Source: an uncultured beta proteobacterium
Lineage (GTDB): Bacteria > Pseudomonadota > Gammaproteobacteria > Burkholderiales > SG8-41
Direction: 5' to 3'
Length of the DNA: 64,000 nucleotides
NCBI GenBank assembly: GCA_903885665.1
Contig: CAISJL010000157.1
Location: forward strand, 15,002-79,001
Shown: piece by piece, positions 1 to 9,633 of the stretch
How positions within the stretch are numbered: the stretch's first letter is position 1
Layout: the number at the start of each line of letters is the position of its first letter
Translations under genes and position numbers: made by a program
The notes under the pieces: generated by a model
Databases searched by the model: none
What the model was told of the DNA's origin: nothing
Seen by the model: only the letters and a program-made list of their open reading frames with translations

Positions 1-197
1 AATATTGTATTGAACAGTTTGGCCCGAATCGCTGCATGTTTGAGAGCAACTTTCCGCCCGACCGCGCAGCCGCCTCGTATGCCGTGACCTGGAATGCTTT
101 GAAGCGCGTGGCGGCACCATATAGCGATAGCGAGCAACATGATTTATTTTATGGCACTGCGGTCCGGGCCTATCGTTTAGTGATTGAATCAGCGTAG
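1..197 (+). CDS. amidohydrolase-2 family protein, C-terminal fragment (5' end lies outside the window)
   Basis: Reading from nt 3 gives YCIEQFGPNRCMFESNFPPDRAAASYAVTWNALKRV...AYRLVIESA*, ending at TAG 195-197. The FG..R.MF.SNFP.D block is typical of metal-dependent amidohydrolase_2 C-termini. Confidence 0.55.
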   Translation, partial: YCIEQFGPNRCMFESNFPPDRAAASYAVTWNALKRVAAPYSDSEQHDLFYGTAVRAYRLVIESA

Positions 198-1226
198 ATG
201 ATGTGGAGGACGCAAAAAATGAATCAACAGACGAGTAATACAGGGCGAATGTGGGTGCGGTGTTTATGGATTAAGCCTGTCATCATCAGCGTAATGACTG
301 GTGTTCTGTGCGGTGTAATGAGCGCTTGGGCGCAACAATTTCCAAGCCGTCCGATCACATTGATTAATCCGTTCCAAGCAGGCCCTACCGATACGCAGTT
401 GCGAAAACTTGCAGAAATTACAAGTCGCCACTTAGGCCAGCCGATTGCTATTGTGAGTAAGCCCGGCGCAGGTGGCATGCTGGGGCCAGTATCTATGGCT
501 AAAACAGCTAAACCAGATGGCTATACCTTGTCGCAATTGTCCGTAGGTGCCTATCGGATTCCGCATATGGAGCCTGTAGATTGGCACCCATTGAAAGACT
601 TTACTTATATTATTGGTTTGACTGGATATGAGTTCGCAGTCATTGTGCGTGCAGACTCGCCGTTTAAAACGCTCAAAGATTTTATGGATTACGGTAAAGC
701 AAATCCAGGACGTATTTCGTATGCTTCAGTTGGTGCCGGCACCTCAACCCACTTGTTGATGGAAGATATGGCGATCAAAGCGGGTATTCAGCTATTACAT
801 GTACCGTATAAAGGCACCTCTGGCACTTTACCGGCGTTATTAGGTGGGCATGTGATGGCTTCGTGTAATAGCACGGGTTCATTTGCAGCGTTAGTCGAAG
901 CCGGTCAGGTGCGTTTGCTTGCAAGCTTTGGTGAGAAGCGGATGAATCCGAAATGGAACACTCCGACTGCCCGTGAGTTGGGTATTGATGTCGTGACGTA
1001 TTCGCCCTATGGCATTGTCGCTCCTGCAGGCATGGATCCTAAGGTGGTCAAGATTCTCCATGATGCATTTAAAAAAGCCATGGATGATCCTGAGCACCTG
1101 AAGTTACTTGAGCAAATCAATCAGGTCTATTGGTATAAATCCAGCGAGGACTATACCAAGTGGGCAGCCGAGACCTTTAAGCATGAGCGCGCCTTAATTG
1201 AGCGCTTGGGATTGCTTGCTAAATAG
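198..1226 (+). CDS. Bug/TctC family periplasmic solute-binding protein
   Basis: 342-aa ORF with a signal-like N-terminus followed by FPSRPITLINPFQAGPTD and HVPYKGTSG, the family hallmarks. The start codon is uncertain (several Met codons between 198 and 250). Confidence 0.85.
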   Translation: MMWRTQKMNQQTSNTGRMWVRCLWIKPVIISVMTGVLCGVMSAWAQQFPSRPITLINPFQAGPTDTQLRKLAEITSRHLGQPIAIVSKPGAGGMLGPVSMAKTAKPDGYTLSQLSVGAYRIPHMEPVDWHPLKDFTYIIGLTGYEFAVIVRADSPFKTLKDFMDYGKANPGRISYASVGAGTSTHLLMEDMAIKAGIQLLHVPYKGTSGTLPALLGGHVMASCNSTGSFAALVEAGQVRLLASFGEKRMNPKWNTPTARELGIDVVTYSPYGIVAPAGMDPKVVKILHDAFKKAMDDPEHLKLLEQINQVYWYKSSEDYTKWAAETFKHERALIERLGLLAK

Positions 1227-1246
1227 ACTGTTGCGTGATTCGTTGA

Positions 1247-2650
1247 TTAACCCTCACGCTCAGGCCACTCTGCTGCATGCGAACCACGAGCTACTGCGGG
1301 ACGAGTCCAGTGGGTTGGGGTCTCTGACAAATGCACTGCTGGCGCGAGATGGGTGACTCGTCCACGCGGTGAGTCATGTTGCATGATTAAGGATTGTAAT
1401 TGCTCGGCATTAAATTCAGTGGGTAGATGCGCATAGTCTGCAGGCTGCATGAGACCATGCTGACGTATCCAGTGACCGGCACTGGCAAGCGATGTGCGCA
1501 CCATCCAGCTTCCCCCTTCAGTGGCGCGCCGTTCAAGCGCGACCAAGGCGCCAAATGCGAGTAGATAACCCACAACGTAATCTTGTGCAGCATAGGGCAT
1601 GAATGCAGGTGGCTTGCCCTCCCCTTGCCAAGCAAAACCGTTGGCTGATTGCACGACCGTATCGTATCCGCGCCGCTCGTGCCATGGGCCTTCGTGACCC
1701 CAAGCGTTTAATGTGACATAGACAATGCCCGGACGCATCTCAGCTAATGCTTGCGGTGATAGACCGCGACGCGCTAAGGTCCCTGGGCGATATGATTGTG
1801 AGAATACATCACAAGTGCTAATGAGTTTGCGCATGATAGCGGCTTGCTCGGGTTGGCGTAAATCAATGTGGGTGGCCAGCTTCCCAATGTTGGTATCAAA
1901 ATCACTGTAGCCAAAGTCAGCTAAGTCTTCACGAGTCACCCGCAACACATCAGCACCATGCTCGGCAAGCGTACGTGCGCAGACTGGGCCTGCAAGTACT
2001 CGGGTGAGATCGAGCACCCGTACACCCGATAAGGGACGCGGACCTGGTGGTAAGGGGCGTGGTGGGGCATCGCCAATTTTGGTAATTTCTAACACAGGCA
2101 ATTGCGCCACAGCTTGACTTTGCGGTAGTGCAAGCCACTCTGCTTCGCTACGTACAAGACTACCCACGCCGCCATGCGCCACCAGTGCGGCTTCAAGCGC
2201 TAAGCCTTCACGTTGGGCAACGGCTGCGGCCACAGATTCCCGGGTCGGCGCGCAACCTAAGACGTTTACATTTTGATCGCGTAAATTAAAAAAGTTGCAG
2301 TGTAAATACATCCAACGCTGATCTTTGAGTGGATAGAAACCGGTGAGATTGGTCGGGTCTTCGGGTGGTTTTTCACCATTAATTTTGAGATAACGGGTGC
2401 TGCGCAGTGCCGCCGCCGCCGCTTCTGCACTTACGCGGACTTGTTGTTGGCGTCCAGTCTTTAATGCCCAGAGCCGGCTTGCCGCAAGTCCTGCGGCGGC
2501 TATGGCCGCGGCACCGGGCGTCACTGCCCGATACCGAGTTGGGAACACGGGATCAGAGCCTGTGATTTCAACGTTGGCGGCGGCATCTAGTGGAATTTTT
2601 GCTAGGGTGAGTAAGTGCTTTAAACTATCTTGCATAGTGGGTGTGGTCAT
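1247..2650 (-). CDS. CoA-transferase family III (CaiB/BaiF-type) protein, long form
   Basis: 467-aa ORF containing GVRVLDLTRVLAGPVCARTLAEHGADVLRV, the family III CoA-transferase N-domain signature. It is preceded by an N-terminal extension of about 200 aa. Confidence 0.85.
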   Translation of the reverse strand: MTTPTMQDSLKHLLTLAKIPLDAAANVEITGSDPVFPTRYRAVTPGAAAIAAAGLAASRLWALKTGRQQQVRVSAEAAAAALRSTRYLKINGEKPPEDPTNLTGFYPLKDQRWMYLHCNFFNLRDQNVNVLGCAPTRESVAAAVAQREGLALEAALVAHGGVGSLVRSEAEWLALPQSQAVAQLPVLEITKIGDAPPRPLPPGPRPLSGVRVLDLTRVLAGPVCARTLAEHGADVLRVTREDLADFGYSDFDTNIGKLATHIDLRQPEQAAIMRKLISTCDVFSQSYRPGTLARRGLSPQALAEMRPGIVYVTLNAWGHEGPWHERRGYDTVVQSANGFAWQGEGKPPAFMPYAAQDYVVGYLLAFGALVALERRATEGGSWMVRTSLASAGHWIRQHGLMQPADYAHLPTEFNAEQLQSLIMQHDSPRGRVTHLAPAVHLSETPTHWTRPAVARGSHAAEWPEREG

Positions 2651-2771
2651 TTGAGGTCCTTACAATCCAGGTGATGATTTAGCGTAAAAAATAATTGATA
2701 AAAAAGTGGCTACTGTGTTGAATAGGGTATGGTCCGTGGGACGGAACCACGCAAAACCTATTGAATCGTCC

Positions 2772-3764
2772 TTATTCGATCGGAATATTGGCGGCTTTCA
2801 CTAACTTGGCATATTTGGCCACATCATTTTTCAGATAGAGGGCAAACTCTTCACTGCTACTACCCACTACATTGACGCCTTGTGCGGTAAATCGTTCTAC
2901 CATATCGGGTAGACTGATGATGCGCACGACCTCGTTTTGCAATTTACTCAGTATGGTTTGGGGTGTGGCAGCGGGTGCGAATAAACCATGCCAAGCAGAT
3001 TGTTCATAGCCAGGCAGACCAGACTCTGCAATCGTGGGGATGTCGGGTACGGCCGCAGAACGTTTGGCACTGGTCACGCCCAAGGCGCGTAAGCGACCAT
3101 TGCGCACAAACGGCACTGTGCTGGGGGTGGTTCCAAAATACATAGAAATATTACCAGCAACCAAATCAGTAACTGCTGCACCCCCGCCTTTATACGGCAC
3201 GTGAATAATGTTCACATTCGCCATCACATTAAATAAAGCGCCAGATAAATGGTTTGAACTGCCAATACCGGCAGAGGCGTAGAGCAACTCACCGCGGCGT
3301 AGTTTAGCCAATGCAATTAGTTCTTTGACCGAGCGCACGGGCACTGAGGCATGGACGACCAATACATTCGGTGCGGTGGAGAGTTGGGTGATGGCAGCAA
3401 AATCACGAATCACGTCATATGGGGGCTTACGATATAAGGTCATATTCACAGCGTTGGGTACACCACCAACTAATAAGGTGTGACCATCAGCGACTGCTCG
3501 CGCTACATATTCAGAACCAATGTTAGTGCCTGCGCCGGGTCGATTATCGACTATCACCGGATGACTCCAAATTTCAGTGAGCTTTTGCGCTACGGTGCGT
3601 CCAACAAAATCAACACCACCGCCCGGCACATAAGGCACAACAAAACGAATCGGTCGCGAGGGGTAAGTTTGCGCGAGCGTCAGTGTGGCCGTGCTCAGCA
3701 TGGCGCTACAACACCCCAGAAGCACGGTGCGTAGCAGTCTACGGTGGTCAGTAAGATCGGGCAT
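2772..3764 (-). CDS. Bug/TctC family periplasmic solute-binding protein
   Basis: 330-aa ORF with a signal peptide, YPSRPIRFVVPYVPGGGVDF and HVPYKGGG. Confidence 0.9.
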   Translation of the reverse strand: MPDLTDHRRLLRTVLLGCCSAMLSTATLTLAQTYPSRPIRFVVPYVPGGGVDFVGRTVAQKLTEIWSHPVIVDNRPGAGTNIGSEYVARAVADGHTLLVGGVPNAVNMTLYRKPPYDVIRDFAAITQLSTAPNVLVVHASVPVRSVKELIALAKLRRGELLYASAGIGSSNHLSGALFNVMANVNIIHVPYKGGGAAVTDLVAGNISMYFGTTPSTVPFVRNGRLRALGVTSAKRSAAVPDIPTIAESGLPGYEQSAWHGLFAPAATPQTILSKLQNEVVRIISLPDMVERFTAQGVNVVGSSSEEFALYLKNDVAKYAKLVKAANIPIE

Positions 3765-3817
3765 GGGCGGCGGCCTAGAAAAAGAGATTAAAAATATATA
3801 ATAATCAAATAGTTAGT

Positions 3818-5263
3818 TTATGATAACTGTTGCTGTGCAGCCTGTTGTCCGGCGATGCGGCCGTAGATGACGGCTTGGCCTAATGCGCTACCGGTCATAT
3901 AACCTGCACCATGAAAGCCACCTGTTAGCTCTCCTGCAGCAAACAATTGGGCAATCGGTTGGCCAAAGACATCGAGCACTCGTGCTTGCGGATCGACTGA
4001 GATGCCACCATAAGTACCAAGAATGGCCGCTGTACTGGGATACGCGTAGAACACTGGCCCGTTCAAGGTTTGCAGTGCTCCACTACCATTGGCTAGGCTG
4101 CTCCGACCGAGGGGGTCGCTCAGCTGATGGTTGATGTGATGGTTGTAAGTATCGACTGTGGTTTGTAGGGTGTCGGGCTCAACGCCAATGCGCGCCGCTA
4201 ATTGTGCAAGACTTTGGGCTGCAATGACTTCACCTCGCGTGAGTGCGCCTTGAAAATTGGACGTAGCGGCGTCCGCCACTGATAAATCCATGATCCGCTC
4301 ATCAAATATTTGGTATGCCATGCCGTTACTTTGGGCTAAGCAAGCAATACCCAAGGTTTTATAGGAGGCCGATTCATCGCAAAAGCGCAGGCCTTGTTGA
4401 TTAATGGCAATGGCACCTTTGTAAATGGGATGCAGCAGCGCGCAAGCCTCGGGCGCAGCCTTGGGAAACCAACCAAAAGTGCTATTGAGATAACCCATTT
4501 CTGCCAGACCTGCACCCAATGCGGTGGCCAGATATAAGCCATCGCCGTGACTACCAGCTGCACCCGCACCGCAAGCATGATCGAGCTCTGGTGCGAAGGT
4601 GTGGATTAGAGATCGATTGCGAGCAAAGCCGCCAGTGGCGAGGACCACACCAGTGCGTGCTTGCAGCGCCAGATACCGCGAGTCGTGTTCAACCACTACA
4701 CCACAGACGCGCGACTGTGTGCGCGTGCGTACGAGCCGTACTGCACAATGCTGGGTGCGGATTTTTATTAAAGGATGTTCCCGTGCACGCTCGGCTAAGG
4801 TGTCCATCATGGCTTGGGCATTGACGCGATTTGAGCGTGCCACCGATTGTGCACTGCCCATTTGCACCGAACTAAATTCAACACCAAGTGCGCATAACCA
4901 CTGATAGCACGCGAGCTGCTGTTCGGCATAAAGGGTGCGTAAGACGGTGCTGCCAGCACCACCACTACTGCGTTCCAGATCACGGAGTAATTGTGCAGCA
5001 CTATCCTGAATGCCAGCGCGAGCCTGGATGGGCGTGCCAGCAAATGCGATGGCGCCACCGCTTAAGGCGCTGGTGCCACCCGTATTTGCTTGTTTTTCGA
5101 GTAGCAACACTTGGGCGCCCGCGGCGGCTGCAGCCAGTGCTGCACTCAAGCCAGCTAAGCCGCCACCCAGTACGATGACATCAACCGTGTCATCCCAATT
5201 GATGAGGCCACTGCCCAGGTGGGCAGTAATAAAATCAGGGCCGCTTAAGCGTGATGTTGGCAT
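3818..5263 (-). CDS. FAD-dependent oxidoreductase (FAD_binding_2 / fumarate-reductase-flavoprotein-like)
   Basis: Contains the dinucleotide-binding motif DVIVLGGGLAGLSAALAAAAAGAQVLLLEK and the C-terminal AAGELTGGFHGAGYMTGSALGQAVIYGR. The start is set at Met14 (ATG 5263), which removes the overlap with the upstream Bug stop at 5271. Confidence 0.8.
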   Translation of the reverse strand: MPTSRLSGPDFITAHLGSGLINWDDTVDVIVLGGGLAGLSAALAAAAAGAQVLLLEKQANTGGTSALSGGAIAFAGTPIQARAGIQDSAAQLLRDLERSSGGAGSTVLRTLYAEQQLACYQWLCALGVEFSSVQMGSAQSVARSNRVNAQAMMDTLAERAREHPLIKIRTQHCAVRLVRTRTQSRVCGVVVEHDSRYLALQARTGVVLATGGFARNRSLIHTFAPELDHACGAGAAGSHGDGLYLATALGAGLAEMGYLNSTFGWFPKAAPEACALLHPIYKGAIAINQQGLRFCDESASYKTLGIACLAQSNGMAYQIFDERIMDLSVADAATSNFQGALTRGEVIAAQSLAQLAARIGVEPDTLQTTVDTYNHHINHQLSDPLGRSSLANGSGALQTLNGPVFYAYPSTAAILGTYGGISVDPQARVLDVFGQPIAQLFAAGELTGGFHGAGYMTGSALGQAVIYGRIAGQQAAQQQLS

Positions 5264-5270
5264 GGATCGC

Positions 5271-6269
5271 TTATTGCGCGGTGGCACCAGCGGCTTTGGC
5301 AACCTTGGTCCATTTAATCAGCTCTTCGTTCATAAATTGCTGAAACTCGGCAGGCGTCATCGGGCGCGACTCGACACCGAGTGAATGGAGCTGGTCGGAG
5401 ACATTAGTGCTACTGAGACCTTGGCGAATCGCTTGGCTAATTTGGGTGGTGAGCACGCTGGGTGTGCCTGCTGGTGCCACAATGCCCCACCATGAATTCG
5501 CACTAAAACCGGGCGAGAGCTCAGCTATAGCGGGCAGTTCGGGCATCGCGCTAGAGCGTTTCAGGCTAGTGACAGCTAGCGCTTTGAGGCGGTTGGCTTT
5601 GACTTGCGGCACCGCGGCGAGCGCGTTGGCAAAACTCATAGAGACCTCATTGGCGACCAAGGCTACAATGGCGGGCCCCGTGCCTTTATACGGCACATGT
5701 ACAGCATCTATCCCGAAAGTGCTATTAAACAACACCCCTGCTAAATGCTGAGAACTGCCAACGCCATTAGAACCGTAACTCAGTTTACCGGGCTGCTTTT
5801 TGGCGTAGGCAATAAAGTCATTGAGTGTAGTGACAGGGGTGGCCATGGGCACAACCAGAAAATTGGCAGTGGTGCCTAACAGTGAAATTGGCGCGTAGGA
5901 TTTGACGGGTTCGTAGGGCAAGTTTTTGTAGAGTGCAGCGTTGATGGCATTGCTACCAATATTGGCCACTAACAAGGTGTAGCCATCGGGGGCGGCGCTG
6001 GCGACAATTTGGCAGGCAATAATACCGTTTGCACCGGAACGATTATCGATGATGATTTGCTGCGACCACAGCTCGGTGAGCTTAGCGGCAATAATCCGTG
6101 CAATCGCGTCGTTGCCACCGCCCGGGGGGTAAGGCACGATTAAGCGCACCGGTCGATTGGGGAAATGAGGCGCCGGGCTGGCAGCCTGACTGAGCGCCCA
6201 GTGCAAACCTATCCAGAGGCTGAATAGGGGAAGTAAGCAAGATCTATAACGCATAAAAGCTCCTGTCAT
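5271..6269 (-). CDS. Bug/TctC family periplasmic solute-binding protein
   Basis: 332-aa ORF with a signal peptide, FPNRPVRLIVPYPPGGGNDA and HVPYKGTGP. Confidence 0.9.
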   Translation of the reverse strand: MTGAFMRYRSCLLPLFSLWIGLHWALSQAASPAPHFPNRPVRLIVPYPPGGGNDAIARIIAAKLTELWSQQIIIDNRSGANGIIACQIVASAAPDGYTLLVANIGSNAINAALYKNLPYEPVKSYAPISLLGTTANFLVVPMATPVTTLNDFIAYAKKQPGKLSYGSNGVGSSQHLAGVLFNSTFGIDAVHVPYKGTGPAIVALVANEVSMSFANALAAVPQVKANRLKALAVTSLKRSSAMPELPAIAELSPGFSANSWWGIVAPAGTPSVLTTQISQAIRQGLSSTNVSDQLHSLGVESRPMTPAEFQQFMNEELIKWTKVAKAAGATAQ

Positions 6270-6395
6270 ACGATCGATAGTGAGTCGTCAATAAGTCGTC
6301 AATAAAATAAGTAAGCGCTAACATTGCAGAAGTGCTAATAATAAAAACCAATATAATCAAGTAGTTATTTTAAACGCTCAGGCTGTTCACGCGGC

Positions 6396-7589
6396 CTAGG
6401 CGGTCTGAGGTAAACCCACCATACCGGTCCAATATTGTTGCTGGTCGCCAGTCGGGATATCCACCCGGCTAAGGAAGGTGAGTCTGCCGTCTGCACCAAT
6501 CCGCATTAAAGATAAGGCTGCCGGCATGTCTATGATCGCGGTGGATCCGCCATCGGGGTTACGCATTTTGTGCGGCTCAATGCTGCCGGTGATTAACAGC
6601 TGACCGCTGGGGTCTATCGAAAACGTGCGGACATGGATATTTTGAATCTGGGCGTGTTGAATTAAAGTAGGCTCCCCGGTATGCGGGTCTAGGGCGAATA
6701 CCGCAATGCTATTCTCGCCGCCGTTAAACACGTGCTGACCGTGAAAGTCGACGCTAGAGTCGGCGCGATTCATGACGTAGACAAAGCGACCATTGGGATG
6801 AGCATGGATAGTGCCAGCTAATTGTCGGGGCATCACTTGGTGCGGATTGGCCAGCGTAGATCTCACAAAACTGGCATCAGTTGCGCAGACGTCGCCAACC
6901 ATGTGATACATGTAGAGCTGGTTTTGGCGCTCCAATGATACATAGAGCCAAGGTTGGGTAGGGTGAAAATCCAAGTGTCTGGGGCCAAAACCATAACCCC
7001 AATTCGGGGCGACTGCGCAAAATGGACTGAGTTGACCACGATCCAGATGATAAAAGCGTAGCGCACCAGGGTCTTCGGGTTTGCCCTTGGCAGCGTCATT
7101 ACCGCGGTCGATGATGATCGCCGCGCGACCGCTAGGTGTGCTCATGACTTGGTGCGGATAGATCCCAAAGTCTAGATCCGCATGTCGCTGAGCGACTGCC
7201 GGCGCTAAGCGACCATCGGCGGCGATGGGGTTAATGGTTAAACCGGGGCGCGGTAAGTTATGACCGCTTAAAACATACTGCCCTTGCGGTTCGACACAAA
7301 TATGCACGGCCCGCGCATAGTGTGTCTGAGACTCGCCATGCGGGCTTAAGGCACCAGTGTGCGGATCGATCTTAAAAGCACTCAGGTGATTGTAGTCAGA
7401 CTTTAAGCCAGGGCCACGATTGCTAGTGGCCACATATAAATAGCGCCGCGATGGGTGCGGCCAGGCATATTGCACATTGGCGGGTGTTTGAATAGTGGCA
7501 CGCTGGGTGAGCGTGGCGCGTTGAACATCGACTTCAAAGTGAGTGAGTGCAGAACCTACGGCGCTGTATAAGGCAACTTTGGATGACAT
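6396..7589 (-). CDS. 7-bladed beta-propeller lactonase family protein (6-phosphogluconolactonase / carboxy-muconate-cycloisomerase-like)
   Basis: About 397 aa with repeated short beta-strand/Gly-Asp-rich blades and a family-typical N-terminus (KVALYSAVG..L.HFEVD). The start is set at MSSKVAL, preceded by GAGGAG. Confidence 0.65.
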   Translation of the reverse strand: MSSKVALYSAVGSALTHFEVDVQRATLTQRATIQTPANVQYAWPHPSRRYLYVATSNRGPGLKSDYNHLSAFKIDPHTGALSPHGESQTHYARAVHICVEPQGQYVLSGHNLPRPGLTINPIAADGRLAPAVAQRHADLDFGIYPHQVMSTPSGRAAIIIDRGNDAAKGKPEDPGALRFYHLDRGQLSPFCAVAPNWGYGFGPRHLDFHPTQPWLYVSLERQNQLYMYHMVGDVCATDASFVRSTLANPHQVMPRQLAGTIHAHPNGRFVYVMNRADSSVDFHGQHVFNGGENSIAVFALDPHTGEPTLIQHAQIQNIHVRTFSIDPSGQLLITGSIEPHKMRNPDGGSTAIIDMPAALSLMRIGADGRLTFLSRVDIPTGDQQQYWTGMVGLPQTA

Positions 7590-7641
7590 ACAAACTCCTC
7601 TCAACACAAAATGAGTTAAGCCCGTGGGCTAGACCTGAAGA

Positions 7642-8670
7642 TTATTGTGGACTGACACCGGCGGCTTTTAAAACACCAGCCCATTTAATGATTTCAGCTT
7701 GAATATATGTGGCAAATTGGCTGGGCGTTGAGGCTGCAGGGTCAATCGCTTGACTGGTGAGGCGAGCATGCACTTCGGGTATTGCCAAAGCATGGCTAAT
7801 CGATTGATGCAGACGCGTCACAATAGCAGTAGGCGTTTTGCTCGGCGCCACAATGCCATACCAGCTACTGGCTTCGTAACCGGGGACACCGGCCTCAGCG
7901 ACGGTAACCAACTCAGGCATGACCGCTGAGCGCTGCGCACTGGTGACACCGAGCGCGCGCAACTTACCGGATTTAATGTGTGGAATGACTGAGCCCGAAG
8001 TGCTAAATACCACTGCAAGCCGACCTGCGATTAAATCAGTAATACCGGGGCCGCTACCTTTGTAGGGCACATGTAAGAGTTTGACATGGGCCATGACGGC
8101 GAACAGCTCACCGGCCAAATGCGTCGAGTTGCCCGTGCCCGCAGAAGGATAGGCTAATTCACCGGGCTTGGCCTTAGCGGCTGCTATGAGTTGATTGATG
8201 GTGGTGATGGCCGATGTGGTCGGTGTGGCTACAATCAAGGGGCTAGTGCCTACCAAAGAAATCGCTGCAAAATCACGCCGCGAATCATAGGGCAGTTGGC
8301 GATAGAGCGTGGCGTTAATCGGTAAGGTGCTACTGGTTAAAATTAAGGTATAACCATCGGCCTGGGCTTTTGCAACCAGATCCATACCGATGATGGTATT
8401 GGCACCCGGTCGATTATCAACGACTACCGTTTGACCCAAGTCGCTAGTAAGCGCTAATCCTAAGGTGCGGGCAATAAAATCATTGCCGCCGCCGGGGGCG
8501 AATGGCGAGATGAGTCGGATGGGGCGAGTCGGATAGCTGACGTTGCTCGCCGCCTGACTAGTAGAAACAACACTGAGGATCACAGCGGGGATACAGAACG
8601 CACAGAGCAGAGATGAGACAGATGTGAGGATTGCCGGCATCTGCCAGCGTAGATAGTTTATTCGCGACAT
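7642..8670 (-). CDS. Bug/TctC family periplasmic solute-binding protein
   Basis: 342-aa ORF containing YPTRPIRLISPFAPGGGNDF and HVPYKGSGP. An alternative start at Met11 (8640) would remove the 13-nt overlap with the upstream hydrolase gene. Confidence 0.9.
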   Translation of the reverse strand: MSRINYLRWQMPAILTSVSSLLCAFCIPAVILSVVSTSQAASNVSYPTRPIRLISPFAPGGGNDFIARTLGLALTSDLGQTVVVDNRPGANTIIGMDLVAKAQADGYTLILTSSTLPINATLYRQLPYDSRRDFAAISLVGTSPLIVATPTTSAITTINQLIAAAKAKPGELAYPSAGTGNSTHLAGELFAVMAHVKLLHVPYKGSGPGITDLIAGRLAVVFSTSGSVIPHIKSGKLRALGVTSAQRSAVMPELVTVAEAGVPGYEASSWYGIVAPSKTPTAIVTRLHQSISHALAIPEVHARLTSQAIDPAASTPSQFATYIQAEIIKWAGVLKAAGVSPQ

Positions 8671-9500
8671 GGTATTCCGTCATGCTGAGCGGCAAAATGT
8701 AAAACATGATCAGCACAAGCCGCTGCTTGTGTGCAGTGTAGATTGTGATGAGCTGAGGGTAATTGCACGAGCGTTAAGTTGCGAATGCCTTCTCGCATTA
8801 ACTGAATTTGTTCGGGCGAGGTGATCGGGCCATGTGAGGGGTAGATTGATAATACGGGTGCTGTGATGCGAGGCAGATGCGCGGTGGCGTTGACGCGTCC
8901 GGCGAGTTTTTGCATAGCGATTAACACTTCAACATCTGATTTGCCTTGGCCGTCGGCAAACCATTGCATTAAGTTAGCATCAGTGCCGGGGGCAAAGCGA
9001 TCGCCACTATTTTTGGCTTTGGCATAACCGGCAGAACCCATGTTGCGTAGCGCTTCTTCCCAAGACGCGTAACCAAATTTTGAGCGCTCTTGAAAATCAG
9101 AATTTAAAAATACAGGTGTTGAAACCAAATTGAGTGTGCGTATGCGATGTGGTGCTTCGCCGGCAAAGATCATGCCGATAATGCCACCGAGTGATTCGCC
9201 ACAATAATGCACAGACTCGGCCCCAATGGCATCGAGTAGCGCATTCAAATCACCAACATAAGCCTCTGCATTTAATTGCGTGGTGTAGTCAAAGTTGCGT
9301 CCAGACTGACCGAGTCCCCGCAAGTCGGGACGAATCACTTTGTAGAAGCGCGATAGATAGGGCACCCAGCGATACCAAAATTCACCCGAGCGGCCATAGC
9401 CGTGTTGTAACAAGATATAGGGTGCGTGTTGCCAAGGGTCGGTAAAGTCATCAATCACATAATGTAAATCAGGTTGTCCTGGACGTTGTAATACGGGCAT
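8658..9500 (-). CDS. alpha/beta-fold hydrolase
   Basis: 280-aa ORF with the HGYGRS oxyanion-region motif, the nucleophile elbow GESLGG, and a C-terminal SAHH.. His region. Confidence 0.8.
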   Translation of the reverse strand: MPVLQRPGQPDLHYVIDDFTDPWQHAPYILLQHGYGRSGEFWYRWVPYLSRFYKVIRPDLRGLGQSGRNFDYTTQLNAEAYVGDLNALLDAIGAESVHYCGESLGGIIGMIFAGEAPHRIRTLNLVSTPVFLNSDFQERSKFGYASWEEALRNMGSAGYAKAKNSGDRFAPGTDANLMQWFADGQGKSDVEVLIAMQKLAGRVNATAHLPRITAPVLSIYPSHGPITSPEQIQLMREGIRNLTLVQLPSAHHNLHCTQAAACADHVLHFAAQHDGIPCRE

Positions 9501-9633
9501 TGCGTTGGTCTTTCTATCGATGAATACTACACATGAAAAACGAATAATGAAAAAATATAAAAAATATAAAAAATATAAAAACTAAAAAACGACTACGCTC
9601 CGCCCATACTGGCCAGGGGACGCAGTTAAATAC

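Noticed and set aside
9550-9581. Short direct repeats checked as a possible CRISPR array (here and at the other tandem loci).
   Set aside because: The units are 7-16 nt and contiguous, with no spacers. No cas genes are present in the window.
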